From a virus, in IMG/VR virus record IMGVR_UViG_3300049171_000092, positions 1 through 64,000 of that record: a stretch of DNA of 64,000 nt, one strand, 5' to 3'. The position numbers and the translations under genes were made by a program. The notes beneath the pieces were generated by a model. That model had not been told where the DNA came from. It saw only the letters and a list, made by a program, of their open reading frames with translations, and searched no databases. How positions within the stretch are numbered: the first letter of the stretch is position 1; every line of letters begins with the position of its first letter. This document shows, piece by piece, positions 8,556-17,316 of this stretch.

Positions 8556-8794
8556 GGGGTCTCCTTTCGGGTGTTGGTGGTGTGGGCGCCGGGGTGGTTG
8601 GCGAGGTGTTCGAGGCGGCGGATGGTGCGGCGGATGCGGTACCGGCGGGCGATCGCGTCGGTGGTGCAGTACAGGGCGTAGAGGGTGCCGCAGAGGGCGA
8701 CCCCGGGCCCGTAGGTGAGCACCTGGTTGAGGGCCCAGTCGGCGATCGGGTGGGCGGCGCGTCCCGCGGCGAGGTACAGGGCGAGGTCGTCCAT
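8552..8794 (-). CDS. Small membrane protein
   Basis: Trimmed to ATG 8792-8794 (MDDLALYLAA...). One hydrophobic helix. Confidence 0.5.
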   Translation of the reverse strand: MDDLALYLAAGRAAHPIADWALNQVLTYGPGVALCGTLYALYCTTDAIARRYRIRRTIRRLEHLANHPGAHTTNTRKETP

Positions 8795-9201
8795 CAGGCG
8801 GCCCGCTTTTCGGCTGCGCGGGCGGCACGCTGGGCGGCGCGTTCCTCGCGGCGGCGGCGTGCGACGGCTTCCCGGTGGGCAGCGGGGACACCGATCCACA
8901 CGTGGACCATGGAGTGGCCGGCGCGGGCGCTGGTGCCGCCGCCGTGGTGGCGGATGATGCCCTCGTTCTGCAGTCGGCCCGGCAGGCTGCCCCACTGGGA
9001 CTTGGGGTGCGGCGGGTCGGGCAGCTGGTACTTGCGGCTGATCTCGTCGATCGTGAACGGGACGCCGGTGTCGGCGGCGGCGACGAACGCGGGCCACACC
9101 TCGTCGACCCAGGCCTCGTAGTCGTCGACTATTCGACGCGACTTCGCAGGAGCCGGGGCCTCGAGGTGCATGCCGTCGAAAGCGGGCTGGATGTGGGACA
9201 T
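8794..9201 (-). CDS. Hypothetical protein
   Basis: 135-aa track ORF. ATG with an AGGAGA SD. Confidence 0.6.
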   Translation of the reverse strand: MSHIQPAFDGMHLEAPAPAKSRRIVDDYEAWVDEVWPAFVAAADTGVPFTIDEISRKYQLPDPPHPKSQWGSLPGRLQNEGIIRHHGGGTSARAGHSMVHVWIGVPAAHREAVARRRREERAAQRAARAAEKRAA

Positions 9202-9218
9202 CGTGGTCTCCTGGTTCC

Positions 9219-9253
9219 GGGAGCCGCTGCAGGTTCGGGCCGCAGCGGCTCCC
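9219..9253 (-). terminator. Intra-operon hairpin
   Basis: GGGAGCCGCTGC / GCAGCGGCTCCC, 12-bp perfect stem. Confidence 0.5.
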
Positions 9254-9265
9254 GATCGGGTCGGG

Positions 9266-9838
9266 CTAGAAGGGGACTTCGTTGGTGGGGCCGCCGAGCG
9301 CCATCCGCTGCATGTGCTGGCCGATCTCGTCGAGCAGGTCGATGTGTTCGCGCTTCAACTCGTGGGCAAGGCCGCGGGCCCAGGTGCGAACCTCTTCGGA
9401 CTTGCCGTCGAGGAGGGCTTCGGCGAGGTGGAGGGCGACGACGTTGGCCATGGCCTGGTCTCGGGTGACTCCGGGCCCCCACGGTTCGCGGACCGCGGCC
9501 TTCTCCGCGTGCGTCCACGGGTCGTCGGCCGGCACCGTCGTAAGCTGCCCGTGCTTGTCGTACTCGTCCTCGTGGTTGCGTCCGCAGTCTCCGCGGAGAC
9601 GCTCGTCGTCGTTCATGAGGGAGCAGGGCATGCGGCCGGTGTCGAGGAGGTGCCGCAGGTCGCGAATGTTCCGCAGGTAGATGTGCCGGTAGTCGCCGTA
9701 GCGGCGGGCCAGGTCGTCGTCGGGCTCGTCGGCCTTGGCCTTGTAGGCGTCGGCGACCTCCTGCCAGCGCTCGATCAGCGTGTCGAGGAGCGGGCGGGGC
9801 ACGTTCTGTTGGACGGTCTCGGTCTGGTCGATGGTCAT
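9266..9838 (-). CDS. Hypothetical protein
   Basis: 190-aa track ORF, ATG 9836-9838. Confidence 0.65.
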   Translation of the reverse strand: MTIDQTETVQQNVPRPLLDTLIERWQEVADAYKAKADEPDDDLARRYGDYRHIYLRNIRDLRHLLDTGRMPCSLMNDDERLRGDCGRNHEDEYDKHGQLTTVPADDPWTHAEKAAVREPWGPGVTRDQAMANVVALHLAEALLDGKSEEVRTWARGLAHELKREHIDLLDEIGQHMQRMALGGPTNEVPF

Positions 9839-9862
9839 GGGTTCGTGATCTCCTTGGGTGGG

Positions 9863-9899
9863 CCGGGGCCCCGCCTGTTAGCGGCGGGCGGGACCCCGG
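9863..9899 (-). terminator. Intra-operon hairpin (imperfect)
   Basis: CCGGGGCCCCGCC ... GGCGGG(cggga)CCCCGG. Confidence 0.4.
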
Positions 9900-9913
9900 T
9901 TTGCTGGTGTGGG

Positions 9914-10774
9914 CTACTTGGTGGGGGTGCCGGCCCACGGGTCGTCGTCCGGCGGGCCCTGCTTGCGTCCGCCGCTGCTCTTGCTGGTGATCTCGGCGCC
10001 GGTGATGCGGGCCTGCGGGAACGCCTCGTCGACGGCGATCTCGCGGCGCTGGATCGACTTGTGGGTGATGAGCAGCTGGGCGATGTCGGCGCCGTTCCAC
10101 TGCTCCCGCGGTCGGCCGAGCTTCTGCTCCAGCCGGTCCGGGTTGACGCCGAGCTGCTGGAACACCTTCACGGCGCCGTCGATGCGCTCCGGCAGCGGCT
10201 TGCCGTCGCCCTTGGCGAGGGTCTCCCGGCAGAGCTCTTCGGCCTCGGCGATGAAGAAGTCCGGGATGACCGCGAAGATCGCCTCACGGAGTCGACGAGC
10301 ACCGTTGTTGGCGTTGTTCTCGTAGATGTCGCGCAGGTCGACGAGCGCTTCGACCTTGCCCTTGGCGAACTTGGCGTGGGGGACGACGAAGGTGAGGACG
10401 TGCCGGGTGTTGGCTTCGACGTCCCACGCCCAGGCCTGCATCTCGGACTGGCGGTACTCGTCGTCACGGCGCATCTCGGAGACGCCGTACTGGATGTTCC
10501 CCCACGCCTGGGCGAGGGTCTTGGCGAGGTTGATGGTGGGGCCGGTGACCTTGCCGCCGGCTCGCGGGAAGTCGTAGAACGCCTTCTCGGCGAGGGCCAT
10601 GGAGCCGCAAGCGGCCTGCATGGCGGCGCGGGAGCGGCCGACGTCGCGGGGGAACTGGCGGGCCACGTAGATGGCGGCCTGGACTTCGGCGACGGCGCGG
10701 GACTGCTCGACGGCGGTGGACTGGCCGACACGGTCCGGGCCCTGCGCGGCGGGCATCTGAACGGGGAAGCTCAC
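9914..10774 (-). CDS. Single-strand annealing protein (RecT/Redbeta/ERF-type, family not resolved)
   Basis: Translationally coupled to the RecE-like exonuclease gene immediately upstream on the coding strand. PRAGGKVTGPTINLAKTLAQAWGNIQYG core resembles Rad52-like annealases. Confidence 0.55.
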   Translation of the reverse strand: MSFPVQMPAAQGPDRVGQSTAVEQSRAVAEVQAAIYVARQFPRDVGRSRAAMQAACGSMALAEKAFYDFPRAGGKVTGPTINLAKTLAQAWGNIQYGVSEMRRDDEYRQSEMQAWAWDVEANTRHVLTFVVPHAKFAKGKVEALVDLRDIYENNANNGARRLREAIFAVIPDFFIAEAEELCRETLAKGDGKPLPERIDGAVKVFQQLGVNPDRLEQKLGRPREQWNGADIAQLLITHKSIQRREIAVDEAFPQARITGAEITSKSSGGRKQGPPDDDPWAGTPTK

Positions 10775-11652
10775 AGGTAGATCTCCTTGTCGCGGTTCTC
10801 AGCCCATCCGGGAAGGGCGAGGTAGTTCGGGTTGTGGTCGGCGTAGCCGGGCCAGTGGCCGGTGGCGGAGCAGTCGGCGAAGATTTCGATGGCGGCGCGG
10901 TTCTTGGCGCGGCCGATCTCGCGGGCGAAGAAGTCGATGCCGACCACGTTCACCAGGTAGGGCGGGTCCTTCTCCTGCACGATGAACAGGAGTTCCGTGT
11001 CCTGCCCGCCGAGGCCGAGAGCGACGGCGGCTTCCTCGTACCAGGCCGCCTGCTGGTTGTAGCCGTAGTTATCGAGCGACTTCTGGAAGGCGTCGTTGCT
11101 GGCGTCGGCGGCGGTCTTGTAGTCGGGGATGATGAGCCGGCCGGACTGGATGGACGGCAGCCAGTCGAAGCGGACACGGCGGCGGATGCCGGTGGGGCCG
11201 TCGATCCAGAACCCGGACTGTTCGGGCGCCCCGTAGGCGGGTTCGAGGAGGGCGGAGGCGAGGGGGTGCTGGCGGATGGCGGCGGCCATCGCGTCGACCA
11301 TCTCGATCTCGTGGCGCTTCAGCGGGATGCCGCCCTGGGCGCGAACCTCGGCGACCTCAGCCTTGGCGGCCTTGGTGTCCCAGCGGTCGTGGTCGACGAG
11401 GACGAGGTTCGCTCCGCGCCCGAGTACCTTCGCGTGGGCGGCGTTGCCGTAGTCGAAGGTCTTCTTCGGCGGCTGCGGGTTGTCCTGCTCCCACCGGAAC
11501 TTGGCGGGGCAGGACGGCGGCAGGAGCTTGCGGGCGCCGGACGACGACAGACTGGTCTTGTCGGCGTGGTAGTCCTCGTTGGAGAGGTCGGTGTGCAGGC
11601 CCAGCGCGGGCGGTTCGGTCGTCGTGGCCGACGGCTCAAGCGTCGTGGTCAT
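10771..11652 (-). CDS. RecE-like PD-(D/E)xK exonuclease
   Basis: EDYHADKTSLSSSGARKLL N-terminal signature. D...IPDYKT...QEK catalytic pattern. Trimmed to ATG 11650-11652. Confidence 0.7.
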   Translation of the reverse strand: MTTTLEPSATTTEPPALGLHTDLSNEDYHADKTSLSSSGARKLLPPSCPAKFRWEQDNPQPPKKTFDYGNAAHAKVLGRGANLVLVDHDRWDTKAAKAEVAEVRAQGGIPLKRHEIEMVDAMAAAIRQHPLASALLEPAYGAPEQSGFWIDGPTGIRRRVRFDWLPSIQSGRLIIPDYKTAADASNDAFQKSLDNYGYNQQAAWYEEAAVALGLGGQDTELLFIVQEKDPPYLVNVVGIDFFAREIGRAKNRAAIEIFADCSATGHWPGYADHNPNYLALPGWAENRDKEIYL

Positions 11653-12149
11653 GCGGCGCCGCCTCCGATGAGGGACGTGTAGTAGCAGTGGCCGGGGCGT
11701 TCGCTGTGCAGTTCGAGGAGGCCGTCGCGGTGCAGGTTGTCGAGGCGGCGGCGGGCCACGGACCGGTAGATGTTGGTGCCGGCAGCTCGGCGAAGGACGA
11801 CCTTGGCTCGGCCCGGAGTCCACTCCCCGCCCTCGTCGGCGATCGCCTGGAGAAGCGCGAGCTCCGTCTGGTGTGGGCCGACGGGGTGCCGGTCGACTGC
11901 CTTCGGGTTGAGCAGGTAGGCCCGCTGGCCATCGACGGTGATGGGGAGCAGTTGGCCGCGCCGGGCGAGGTCCCGCAGGTCTCGACGTGTCGCGTTGCGG
12001 CCGATGCCGCTCCACGGGGTCACGCTGTAGAGGTCTTGGGCTCGGCGCGTCGTGATGGGTTGCCGCGGGGTGGCCTTGATGAGGGCGAGCAGGCTGTCGC
12101 GGCGCGCGGTGACGTCCAGGGCGCTGCTGATGGCGATGGTGGGGGTCAC
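11649..12149 (-). CDS. Hypothetical protein (possible winged-helix)
   Basis: Trimmed to GTG 12147-12149 in a GTGA overlap with the exonuclease gene. Confidence 0.55.
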   Translation of the reverse strand: MTPTIAISSALDVTARRDSLLALIKATPRQPITTRRAQDLYSVTPWSGIGRNATRRDLRDLARRGQLLPITVDGQRAYLLNPKAVDRHPVGPHQTELALLQAIADEGGEWTPGRAKVVLRRAAGTNIYRSVARRRLDNLHRDGLLELHSERPGHCYYTSLIGGGAA

Positions 12150-12790
12150 TTCACACCGCCCGTGACGGCGTCGTACACGTCCCTGGCCCAGCGGGCGTCG
12201 CCGAGCGCGGTGTGGGCGACGCCGTCGCCGGGCGGTTCGACGCCGACCGCGCGGGACAGGCCGCGGGAGGAGAACGGCAGGGACGGCAGGTCGCCGGGGA
12301 AGGCGAAGTCTCCGCCGTAGACACCGCTGTCCCGCTGCCCGAACCGGTAGCCGGCCGCGAGGGTGGCGATGTCGACGGTGCGGTAGTGCCAGGGGGTCTC
12401 GTTGAGGAAGACCTTCAGGAAGGCGGCGTCGAATGCCGGGTTGGAGCCGACGATGACGGCGCCGCCCAGCAGGGTGCGGAGGGTGTTGCGAAGGTCGTCC
12501 CGCTTCATCGGGTGCGGCAGCCCGCAAGCGTGGGTCATGTCGCCGACCTGGTAGTCGTCGGGCAGGACCATCCGGTCGCGGTAGCCGTTGATGTCGAGGG
12601 CCTTAGGGTCGGCTGCTTCGATCTCCCACGTGCTGGGCCGGATCTGCCAGAGGTGTTCGGTGTCGGTGCCGTTGTCGCGGCGGATGGCGGCGAGCTCCCA
12701 CATAGCGTGGCGCTCGGGGTCGAGGCCGGTCGTCTCGGTGTCGACGAACGCCAGCGGCGGCGTGGGTTTCGTGGTGGTTTCGGTGCTCAT
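12146..12790 (-). CDS. DnaQ-like DEDDh 3'-5' exonuclease
   Basis: FVDTETTGL (Exo I), GSNPAFDAAFL (Exo II), HTALGDARWARD (Exo III). ATG 12788-12790. Confidence 0.85.
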   Translation of the reverse strand: MSTETTTKPTPPLAFVDTETTGLDPERHAMWELAAIRRDNGTDTEHLWQIRPSTWEIEAADPKALDINGYRDRMVLPDDYQVGDMTHACGLPHPMKRDDLRNTLRTLLGGAVIVGSNPAFDAAFLKVFLNETPWHYRTVDIATLAAGYRFGQRDSGVYGGDFAFPGDLPSLPFSSRGLSRAVGVEPPGDGVAHTALGDARWARDVYDAVTGGVK

Positions 12791-12818
12791 GTACCTCTCC
12801 TGAGGGTGTGCTGATGGC

Positions 12819-12863
12819 GGGCCCGCTCCGTTGGGGCGGGGGGTGCTCCGGCGGAGCGGGCCC
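12819..12863 (-). terminator. Intra-operon hairpin
   Basis: GGGCCCGCTCCG / CGGAGCGGGCCC, 12-bp perfect stem. Confidence 0.5.
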
Positions 12864-12918
12864 TGGATGGCGGCGCGGAGTGGGGGGCTCAACACGCCGC
12901 CGGCTGTGAGGTTGTGGG

Positions 12919-13266
12919 TCAGGCGGCGAGGGGCTGCGGGTTGAGCGAGAGGACCCCGACCGTGTCGAAGGTGATGCGCATCGCGACCCGGTCTCCGAGG
13001 CCCTTGTCGGCCCGGAGTTCGGCGGCGCTGCGGGTCCAGTCCGTCAGCGGCGCGATGATCTCGGCCGTCGCTTCGGCTTCGCTCCGCTGCTCGAACTTGG
13101 CGATCTGCAGGCCGGAGTGGTGGCCGAGCCGCCAGATGTAGGGGTCGTCGGCCTTGCGGAGTTCCTCGGGGTAGACGTAGACGCGCAGCCCCGGCACGGG
13201 CTCTTCGGCCTGCACGAGGACGGGCGTCGCCGCCTTGCTGACCTGGATTTCGTGGGTGACGGACAA
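12919..13266 (-). CDS. Hypothetical protein
   Basis: 115-aa track ORF. TTG start with an AGGAGA SD. Confidence 0.6.
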   Translation of the reverse strand: MSVTHEIQVSKAATPVLVQAEEPVPGLRVYVYPEELRKADDPYIWRLGHHSGLQIAKFEQRSEAEATAEIIAPLTDWTRSAAELRADKGLGDRVAMRITFDTVGVLSLNPQPLAA

Positions 13267-13333
13267 GGTGATCTCCTGGGATCCTTGGTGGTGGATCCCC
13301 CGGGCGGTACGAGCGTCCGGGGGGTTCGTTGTG

Positions 13334-13540
13334 TCAGGCGGCGTTGCTGGCCTGGGTCTGGCTGGCGGCGACCGTCTTGAGGCCGTCGATGAACTCGTCG
13401 AGGCGGTCGACGGGGATGTAGCAGCCGTCGGCGTTGGTCTGGAGCCAGATGACCGGGCCGTGAGTGGTGTCGTGGACGAGTTCGGCGCTGGCGGTGTCGC
13501 GGCCCTGGTTGAGGACGGCGATCTGCGGCGACTTCTTCAT
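13334..13540 (-). CDS. Hypothetical small protein
   Basis: Trimmed to ATG 13538-13540 (MKKSPQIAVL...). AGGAGA SD. Confidence 0.55.
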   Translation of the reverse strand: MKKSPQIAVLNQGRDTASAELVHDTTHGPVIWLQTNADGCYIPVDRLDEFIDGLKTVAASQTQASNAA

Positions 13541-13567
13541 GGGGTTCTCCTGTGAGGCGGTGTCGGT

Positions 13568-13641
13568 CCCGCCCGGCATCTCCGGGCGGGGGTTCTTCTT
13601 GTGCGCCGCCCCGCCGGCCGGTGGCCATCCGGCGGGGCGGC
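13568..13641 (-). terminator. Two tandem hairpins
   Basis: CCCGCCCGG/CCGGGCGGG (13568-13590) and GCCGCCCCGCCGG/CCGGCGGGGCGGC (13605-13641). Confidence 0.5.
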
Positions 13642-13644
13642 GGT

Positions 13645-13962
13645 CTATGCGGCGGCGAGTTGAGCCGCGGTGACGATGGGCGTTTCGACGGTGTCGTCGG
13701 TCGCGACCTTCGCCAGGCGCTCGAGTTCGGCGATCCGGGAGTCGCGTTCCATCAGCTGCGCGGTCTGCCGGGCAACGAGCTGCTCGGCCTTCATCCGCTC
13801 CCCGTCCGCGATCTCCGCCTGCGCTTGCAGGGCCCGGCAGCGGGCGGTGACCGCCATGAGACGGGCGCGGTACCAAGCGAGGTCGTCGGTGAGGTTCGCG
13901 ACCCTCTGCCGCAGCCGCACGTTGTCCTCGCCGGCCCGCCGCTTGCCGGTGCCGCGGATCAC
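13645..13962 (-). CDS. Coiled-coil protein
   Basis: 105-aa track ORF with a heptad-like, Ala/Arg/Gln/Glu-rich sequence. GTG start in a GTGA overlap. Confidence 0.55.
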   Translation of the reverse strand: MIRGTGKRRAGEDNVRLRQRVANLTDDLAWYRARLMAVTARCRALQAQAEIADGERMKAEQLVARQTAQLMERDSRIAELERLAKVATDDTVETPIVTAAQLAAA

Positions 13963-14324
13963 GGCATCTCCTTGCGGAGCTCGTCGGCGGTGTCACGGAG
14001 CAGGGCGAGCGCGGTCGTCTTCCCGCTGCCCGGGTAGTCGCACCAGGCCGCGAGGGACGGGGCGTCGATCCGGGCGGTGAGAGCCTGCTCGGCGGCGAAG
14101 GTGAGCGGGTCGCCGCCGACGTGCCGCGGGGTGCCGTGCACGGCCACGTTGATCGCGCCGATCAGGTCCACGCTGCACTTGTCGAGCGGCAAACCGGTCT
14201 CGGCCTGACGGACGCTGTACAGGTACTTCTTGCAGTAGCCGACCGTTTCGATGTGGTCGGCGGCTAGATCGAGGACGGCGGCTACGTCGGTGGCGGCCGG
14301 TGCGGTCGCGGTCACGGTGGTCAC
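13959..14324 (-). CDS. Hypothetical protein
   Basis: 121-aa track ORF. GTG start 14322-14324. Confidence 0.6.
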   Translation of the reverse strand: MTTVTATAPAATDVAAVLDLAADHIETVGYCKKYLYSVRQAETGLPLDKCSVDLIGAINVAVHGTPRHVGGDPLTFAAEQALTARIDAPSLAAWCDYPGSGKTTALALLRDTADELRKEMP

Positions 14325-14422
14325 TGGTTCTCCTTGCGGGCGTCGATCCAGGCGAAGAACTGCTCAACGGCGAAGATCAGAGGGATCGGGGCGACGAGGA
14401 CGAACGGGATGAGGGCGGTCAC
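14321..14422 (-). CDS. Possible 33-aa membrane peptide
   Basis: Below the track size cutoff. Translates as VTALIPFVLVAPIPLIFAVEQFFAWIDARKENQ. GTGA overlaps at both ends fill an otherwise empty gap. Confidence 0.3.
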   Translation of the reverse strand: MTALIPFVLVAPIPLIFAVEQFFAWIDARKENQ

Positions 14423-14598
14423 GGCGTCTCCCGGCTGATCCGCTTGCAGAAGTCCTCGAGCGACTCGGTGAGTCCGCTGTCCATGGAGGTCTGGTAGTCC
14501 GGGTCCATCCGGCGGACGATTCCGAGGCCCGTGAGCAGGCCGGGCAGTATCACCGGCTCGGCGTCGTCCGGGGTGGGCGGCAGGTCGAGGATCCTCAC
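14419..14598 (-). CDS. Hypothetical small protein
   Basis: Trimmed to GTG 14596-14598 (GTGA overlap). Confidence 0.45.
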   Translation of the reverse strand: MRILDLPPTPDDAEPVILPGLLTGLGIVRRMDPDYQTSMDSGLTESLEDFCKRISRETP

Positions 14599-14798
14599 GG
14601 CGCCGTCTCCTGTTCGTGGGTCCGCAGCCAGCGGCGGCGGTGGTTGTAGCGGGCGTGGACCCGTTCGATCTGCTCGACGTACTCGGCCGGCGTCCACGGC
14701 TTCACCCCGCGAGCGCGGCGGACGAACTCCTCCTCCACCTGGACGAGCGCGTCTTGCTCCAGGTCGGCGAGCGGGCGGGGCTCGGTCGCGGTCGCCAT
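14595..14798 (-). CDS. Hypothetical small protein
   Basis: Trimmed to ATG 14796-14798 (MATATEPRPL...). Confidence 0.55.
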   Translation of the reverse strand: MATATEPRPLADLEQDALVQVEEEFVRRARGVKPWTPAEYVEQIERVHARYNHRRRWLRTHEQETAP

Positions 14799-14799
14799 G

Positions 14800-15036
14800 T
14801 CACGCCGCCTCGCGGAGCGTCTGCCGCTTCGTCCACGCGGCGAGCTGGGCGACCGCCTCGGCGAGCTGGTCGACGGTGTCCGGCGACGAGTTGGTGACGG
14901 TGATCGCAATGGACTTGCCGGGCTCGCCGATGACGAGCCGGGCCATCTGCCTGCCAGCAAGGTCACGGTCGTACTCGGTCCGGATCGGGGCGTCGTTCAG
15001 GTCGACGGTGATACCGCCGTAGATGTCAGCGCTCAT
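14800..15036 (-). CDS. Hypothetical small protein
   Basis: Trimmed to ATG 15034-15036 (MSADIYGGIT...). Confidence 0.55.
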   Translation of the reverse strand: MSADIYGGITVDLNDAPIRTEYDRDLAGRQMARLVIGEPGKSIAITVTNSSPDTVDQLAEAVAQLAAWTKRQTLREAA

Positions 15037-15671
15037 CGGTTCGCTTCCTCGGCGGGGTCGATGCGGATGGCGTGCCGCATGCCGGGCTCGTCCTCGGCGG
15101 CGGCCAACGTGGGGCAACCCCACGCGTGCCGGTCGAACCGCTTCGGGCAGCCGCACGGGTGGCACGGGTCCTCGGCGGGCTTCGGCACGACGCCGTGCCC
15201 GTCGGGTGCCGGTCCCGTGTGGTTCCACCAGCCGCCGTTCGGGTTCTCCACCCACCGCACCGGAGCCGCACATTCGCGGCAGACCAGGACGGGAGCGGCC
15301 TCCAGCTCGGCGACGCGGTTGATCAGCCAGTCGACGGCCGGGGTCAACGTCTCGCCCAGCTCGAACGGCACCGCGCGGGGCCCGTCGGCCGGGGCGAGCG
15401 AGCCACGCATGCTCAGCGCGTCGTTCTGGAGGGCTGTCAGCCGGGCCCGGTGCCGCTCGATGCGGTCCACCAGCCGGTTGATCGTCTTGCTGTCCTCGCC
15501 GTGCCAGCGGACCAGCTTCTCCCGCTCGGCCTCCAACTCGGCCGCGTAGTTGATGACGTTCTCCAGGACGAGGAGCAGGTTGTCCTTCGTCATGCGGGCG
15601 GTGAGGGCGTCGCGGGCGCGGTCGAGGATCGTGGCAGCGCGCTGCGAGGCGGGTGTCAGGCGGTCGGTCAC
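15033..15671 (-). CDS. Hypothetical protein with coiled-coil and Cys/His cluster
   Basis: Trimmed to GTG 15669-15671. CRECAAP...CHPCGCP...H..GC. Confidence 0.6.
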   Translation of the reverse strand: MTDRLTPASQRAATILDRARDALTARMTKDNLLLVLENVINYAAELEAEREKLVRWHGEDSKTINRLVDRIERHRARLTALQNDALSMRGSLAPADGPRAVPFELGETLTPAVDWLINRVAELEAAPVLVCRECAAPVRWVENPNGGWWNHTGPAPDGHGVVPKPAEDPCHPCGCPKRFDRHAWGCPTLAAAEDEPGMRHAIRIDPAEEANR

Positions 15672-15946
15672 AGCGCACCTCCCGCGGTGTCGAGGGCGGT
15701 GGCACGGGCCTTGCGGTCCTGCTCGGCCTCCCACCAGCCGTAGATGAGCGCGTCGAGGGCGGCTGGCTTCAGGTCGTCGTGCAGGGAGTCGAACGCGAGC
15801 CGGCCGACCTCCAGCAGGTCGTAGCCCTCCGGGTGCAGGACGGCCAGCGTCTCCTCGGCCTCCTCCCACACCAGCTGCCACGCCGACGGGAAGCGCACGT
15901 CGGACGCGCGGAGGAGGAGCTCGAAGCGGGTCACGTCGTCGCTCAT
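15668..15946 (-). CDS. Hypothetical small protein
   Basis: Trimmed to ATG 15944-15946. Confidence 0.55.
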   Translation of the reverse strand: MSDDVTRFELLLRASDVRFPSAWQLVWEEAEETLAVLHPEGYDLLEVGRLAFDSLHDDLKPAALDALIYGWWEAEQDRKARATALDTAGGAL

Positions 15947-16416
15947 CGGGCCGCCTCCTCGGCGACCTGCAGGACCTCCAGGGAGAACGTCCCGCCGTTG
16001 TTGAACCCGGTGTAGATCTGGCCGCGCATCGCCTCCAGGTCCACCAGCACTTCGATGTCGCTCGACAGCAGGTACGGGCGGATGTCCTTCAGGATGTGCT
16101 CGGCGAGACCCTCCAGGGTGACCGCCCACACCGTGAGCGGAGCCGGGGCCGGACTGCCGTTGCGTCCTCCGTGGCGGCCGACCCGGTCATACGTGATGCA
16201 GTACTTGGTCTGCGTCGCGCCCGGGGCGGCGGTCATCTCGTCGAGGGATGGGGTGGTGATCTCGGCCTCAGGGTCGCGCGGCAGATGACGTCCGGCCTGC
16301 CAGTCGGGACCGAGCTTCATCTTCATGGCGCGCTCGGCCTCGGCGTACATCTCGTTGATGTCGGCGATCTCAGCGGGGGTGAGTCCGGGCTTGGGGGTCT
16401 GCGATGATGTGGACAA
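15943..16416 (-). CDS. Hypothetical protein
   Basis: 157-aa track ORF. TTG start 16414-16416 with an AGGAG SD 8 nt upstream. Confidence 0.6.
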   Translation of the reverse strand: MSTSSQTPKPGLTPAEIADINEMYAEAERAMKMKLGPDWQAGRHLPRDPEAEITTPSLDEMTAAPGATQTKYCITYDRVGRHGGRNGSPAPAPLTVWAVTLEGLAEHILKDIRPYLLSSDIEVLVDLEAMRGQIYTGFNNGGTFSLEVLQVAEEAAR

Positions 16417-16501
16417 GGTCCACGCTCCTGTTCTCGAAGGTTCGGGTGGTGTGGATCGCGAGGTCGTCCCGTAGGCGCGGGGCGGCCTCTTTGCTTGCCG
16501 C

Positions 16502-16789
16502 TCAGGCGGCGGCGCGGGCCGACTCGTGCTGGAGCTGCGGGGTGGCGTAGTCCGGGATGCCGAGGTACTCGGCGACCGCCCGGGCGGGGAACCGCAGGGT
16601 TCGCCGGCTGCTGTCCGGGGTGGCGATGTCGATGACGCATCCGCGAGCCTTGAACTCGGGGTCGTCGTCGACCCGCATGCGGATCCACATGTCGCTGACC
16701 TTGAGCCACTCGCGGAGCTCTGCCTTGGTGAGCAGGGGGGTGTGCAGCTGCGTGGGGGTGAGGGGCTGGTCCACTACTCCTCCTTTCAT
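16502..16789 (-). CDS. Excisionase-like / MerR-type HTH DNA-binding protein
   Basis: LLTKAELREWLKVSDMWIRMRV HTH. Lies next to the cro-like gene near int. Confidence 0.55.
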   Translation of the reverse strand: MKGGVVDQPLTPTQLHTPLLTKAELREWLKVSDMWIRMRVDDDPEFKARGCVIDIATPDSSRRTLRFPARAVAEYLGIPDYATPQLQHESARAAA

Positions 16790-16811
16790 CTGGTGTGGAC
16801 GATCTTTCGGT

Positions 16812-16824
16812 GAATGTGGAAACC
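16812..16824. promoter_or_regulatory. Operator-like half-site GAATGTGGAAACC
   Basis: Same core as the 17132-17170 arms and the 17254-17265 copy. Confidence 0.45.
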
Positions 16825-16840
16825 GTTGGCGCGAAAAGGG

Positions 16841-17092
16841 TCACGTGGGGGCGGAGGTGTCGAACAGTTCCTCGATGGACTTGTCGAGCGCCCGGGCGAC
16901 CAGGTCGCAGGAGCGGTCCCTGAAGGGGGTCCGTCCACTGGGGCCGCGGGAGACCATGTGACCCACGGTGGCGCGGCTGATGCCGTAGCCGAGGGGGTCG
17001 ACTTCTCGGGTCTTCTCGGCGAGGCGCTCGATGGACAGGCCGGCTTCCCGCATCGCGTCTCGTATGGGTTGGCCGTTGTCCCGTCTGTGCAT
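16841..17092 (-). CDS. Cro-like XRE-family HTH regulator
   Basis: IRDAMREAGLSIERLAEKT HTH. ATG 17090-17092 with a GAAAGGG SD. Divergent from the cI-like gene. Confidence 0.7.
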   Translation of the reverse strand: MHRRDNGQPIRDAMREAGLSIERLAEKTREVDPLGYGISRATVGHMVSRGPSGRTPFRDRSCDLVARALDKSIEELFDTSAPT

Positions 17093-17131
17093 GGGGTGCC
17101 CTTTCAAGGCCGAGAGGTGCGGTGCGTGGCC

Positions 17132-17170
17132 GAATGTGGAAGCTCGGCCGTCGGCTTCGTTTCCACATTC
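17132..17170. promoter_or_regulatory. Inverted repeat operator candidate in the cI/cro intergenic region
   Basis: GAATGTGGAA (17132-17141) and TTCCACATTC (17161-17170), 10-bp perfect arms. Confidence 0.6.
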
Positions 17171-17227
17171 AATGTTGGATGTGGATAGATGTCAAGGCTT
17201 ACTGCGTGGTAGGTAGCGTTGGTCAGC

Positions 17228-17265
17228 GCTTCCGCATATGCCAATGCTTCCGCATGTGGAAACCA
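17228..17265. promoter_or_regulatory. Direct repeats GCTTCCGCAT(A/G)TG x2 plus an ATGTGGAAACC half-site
   Basis: Direct repeats at 17228-17240 and 17246-17258. The second runs into CATGTGGAAACC. Confidence 0.45.
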
Positions 17266-17316
17266 ATGCTGGTCAGATGGGGTGAGATGACTTGTCTGCA
17301 CGGCACGCGATGCACA

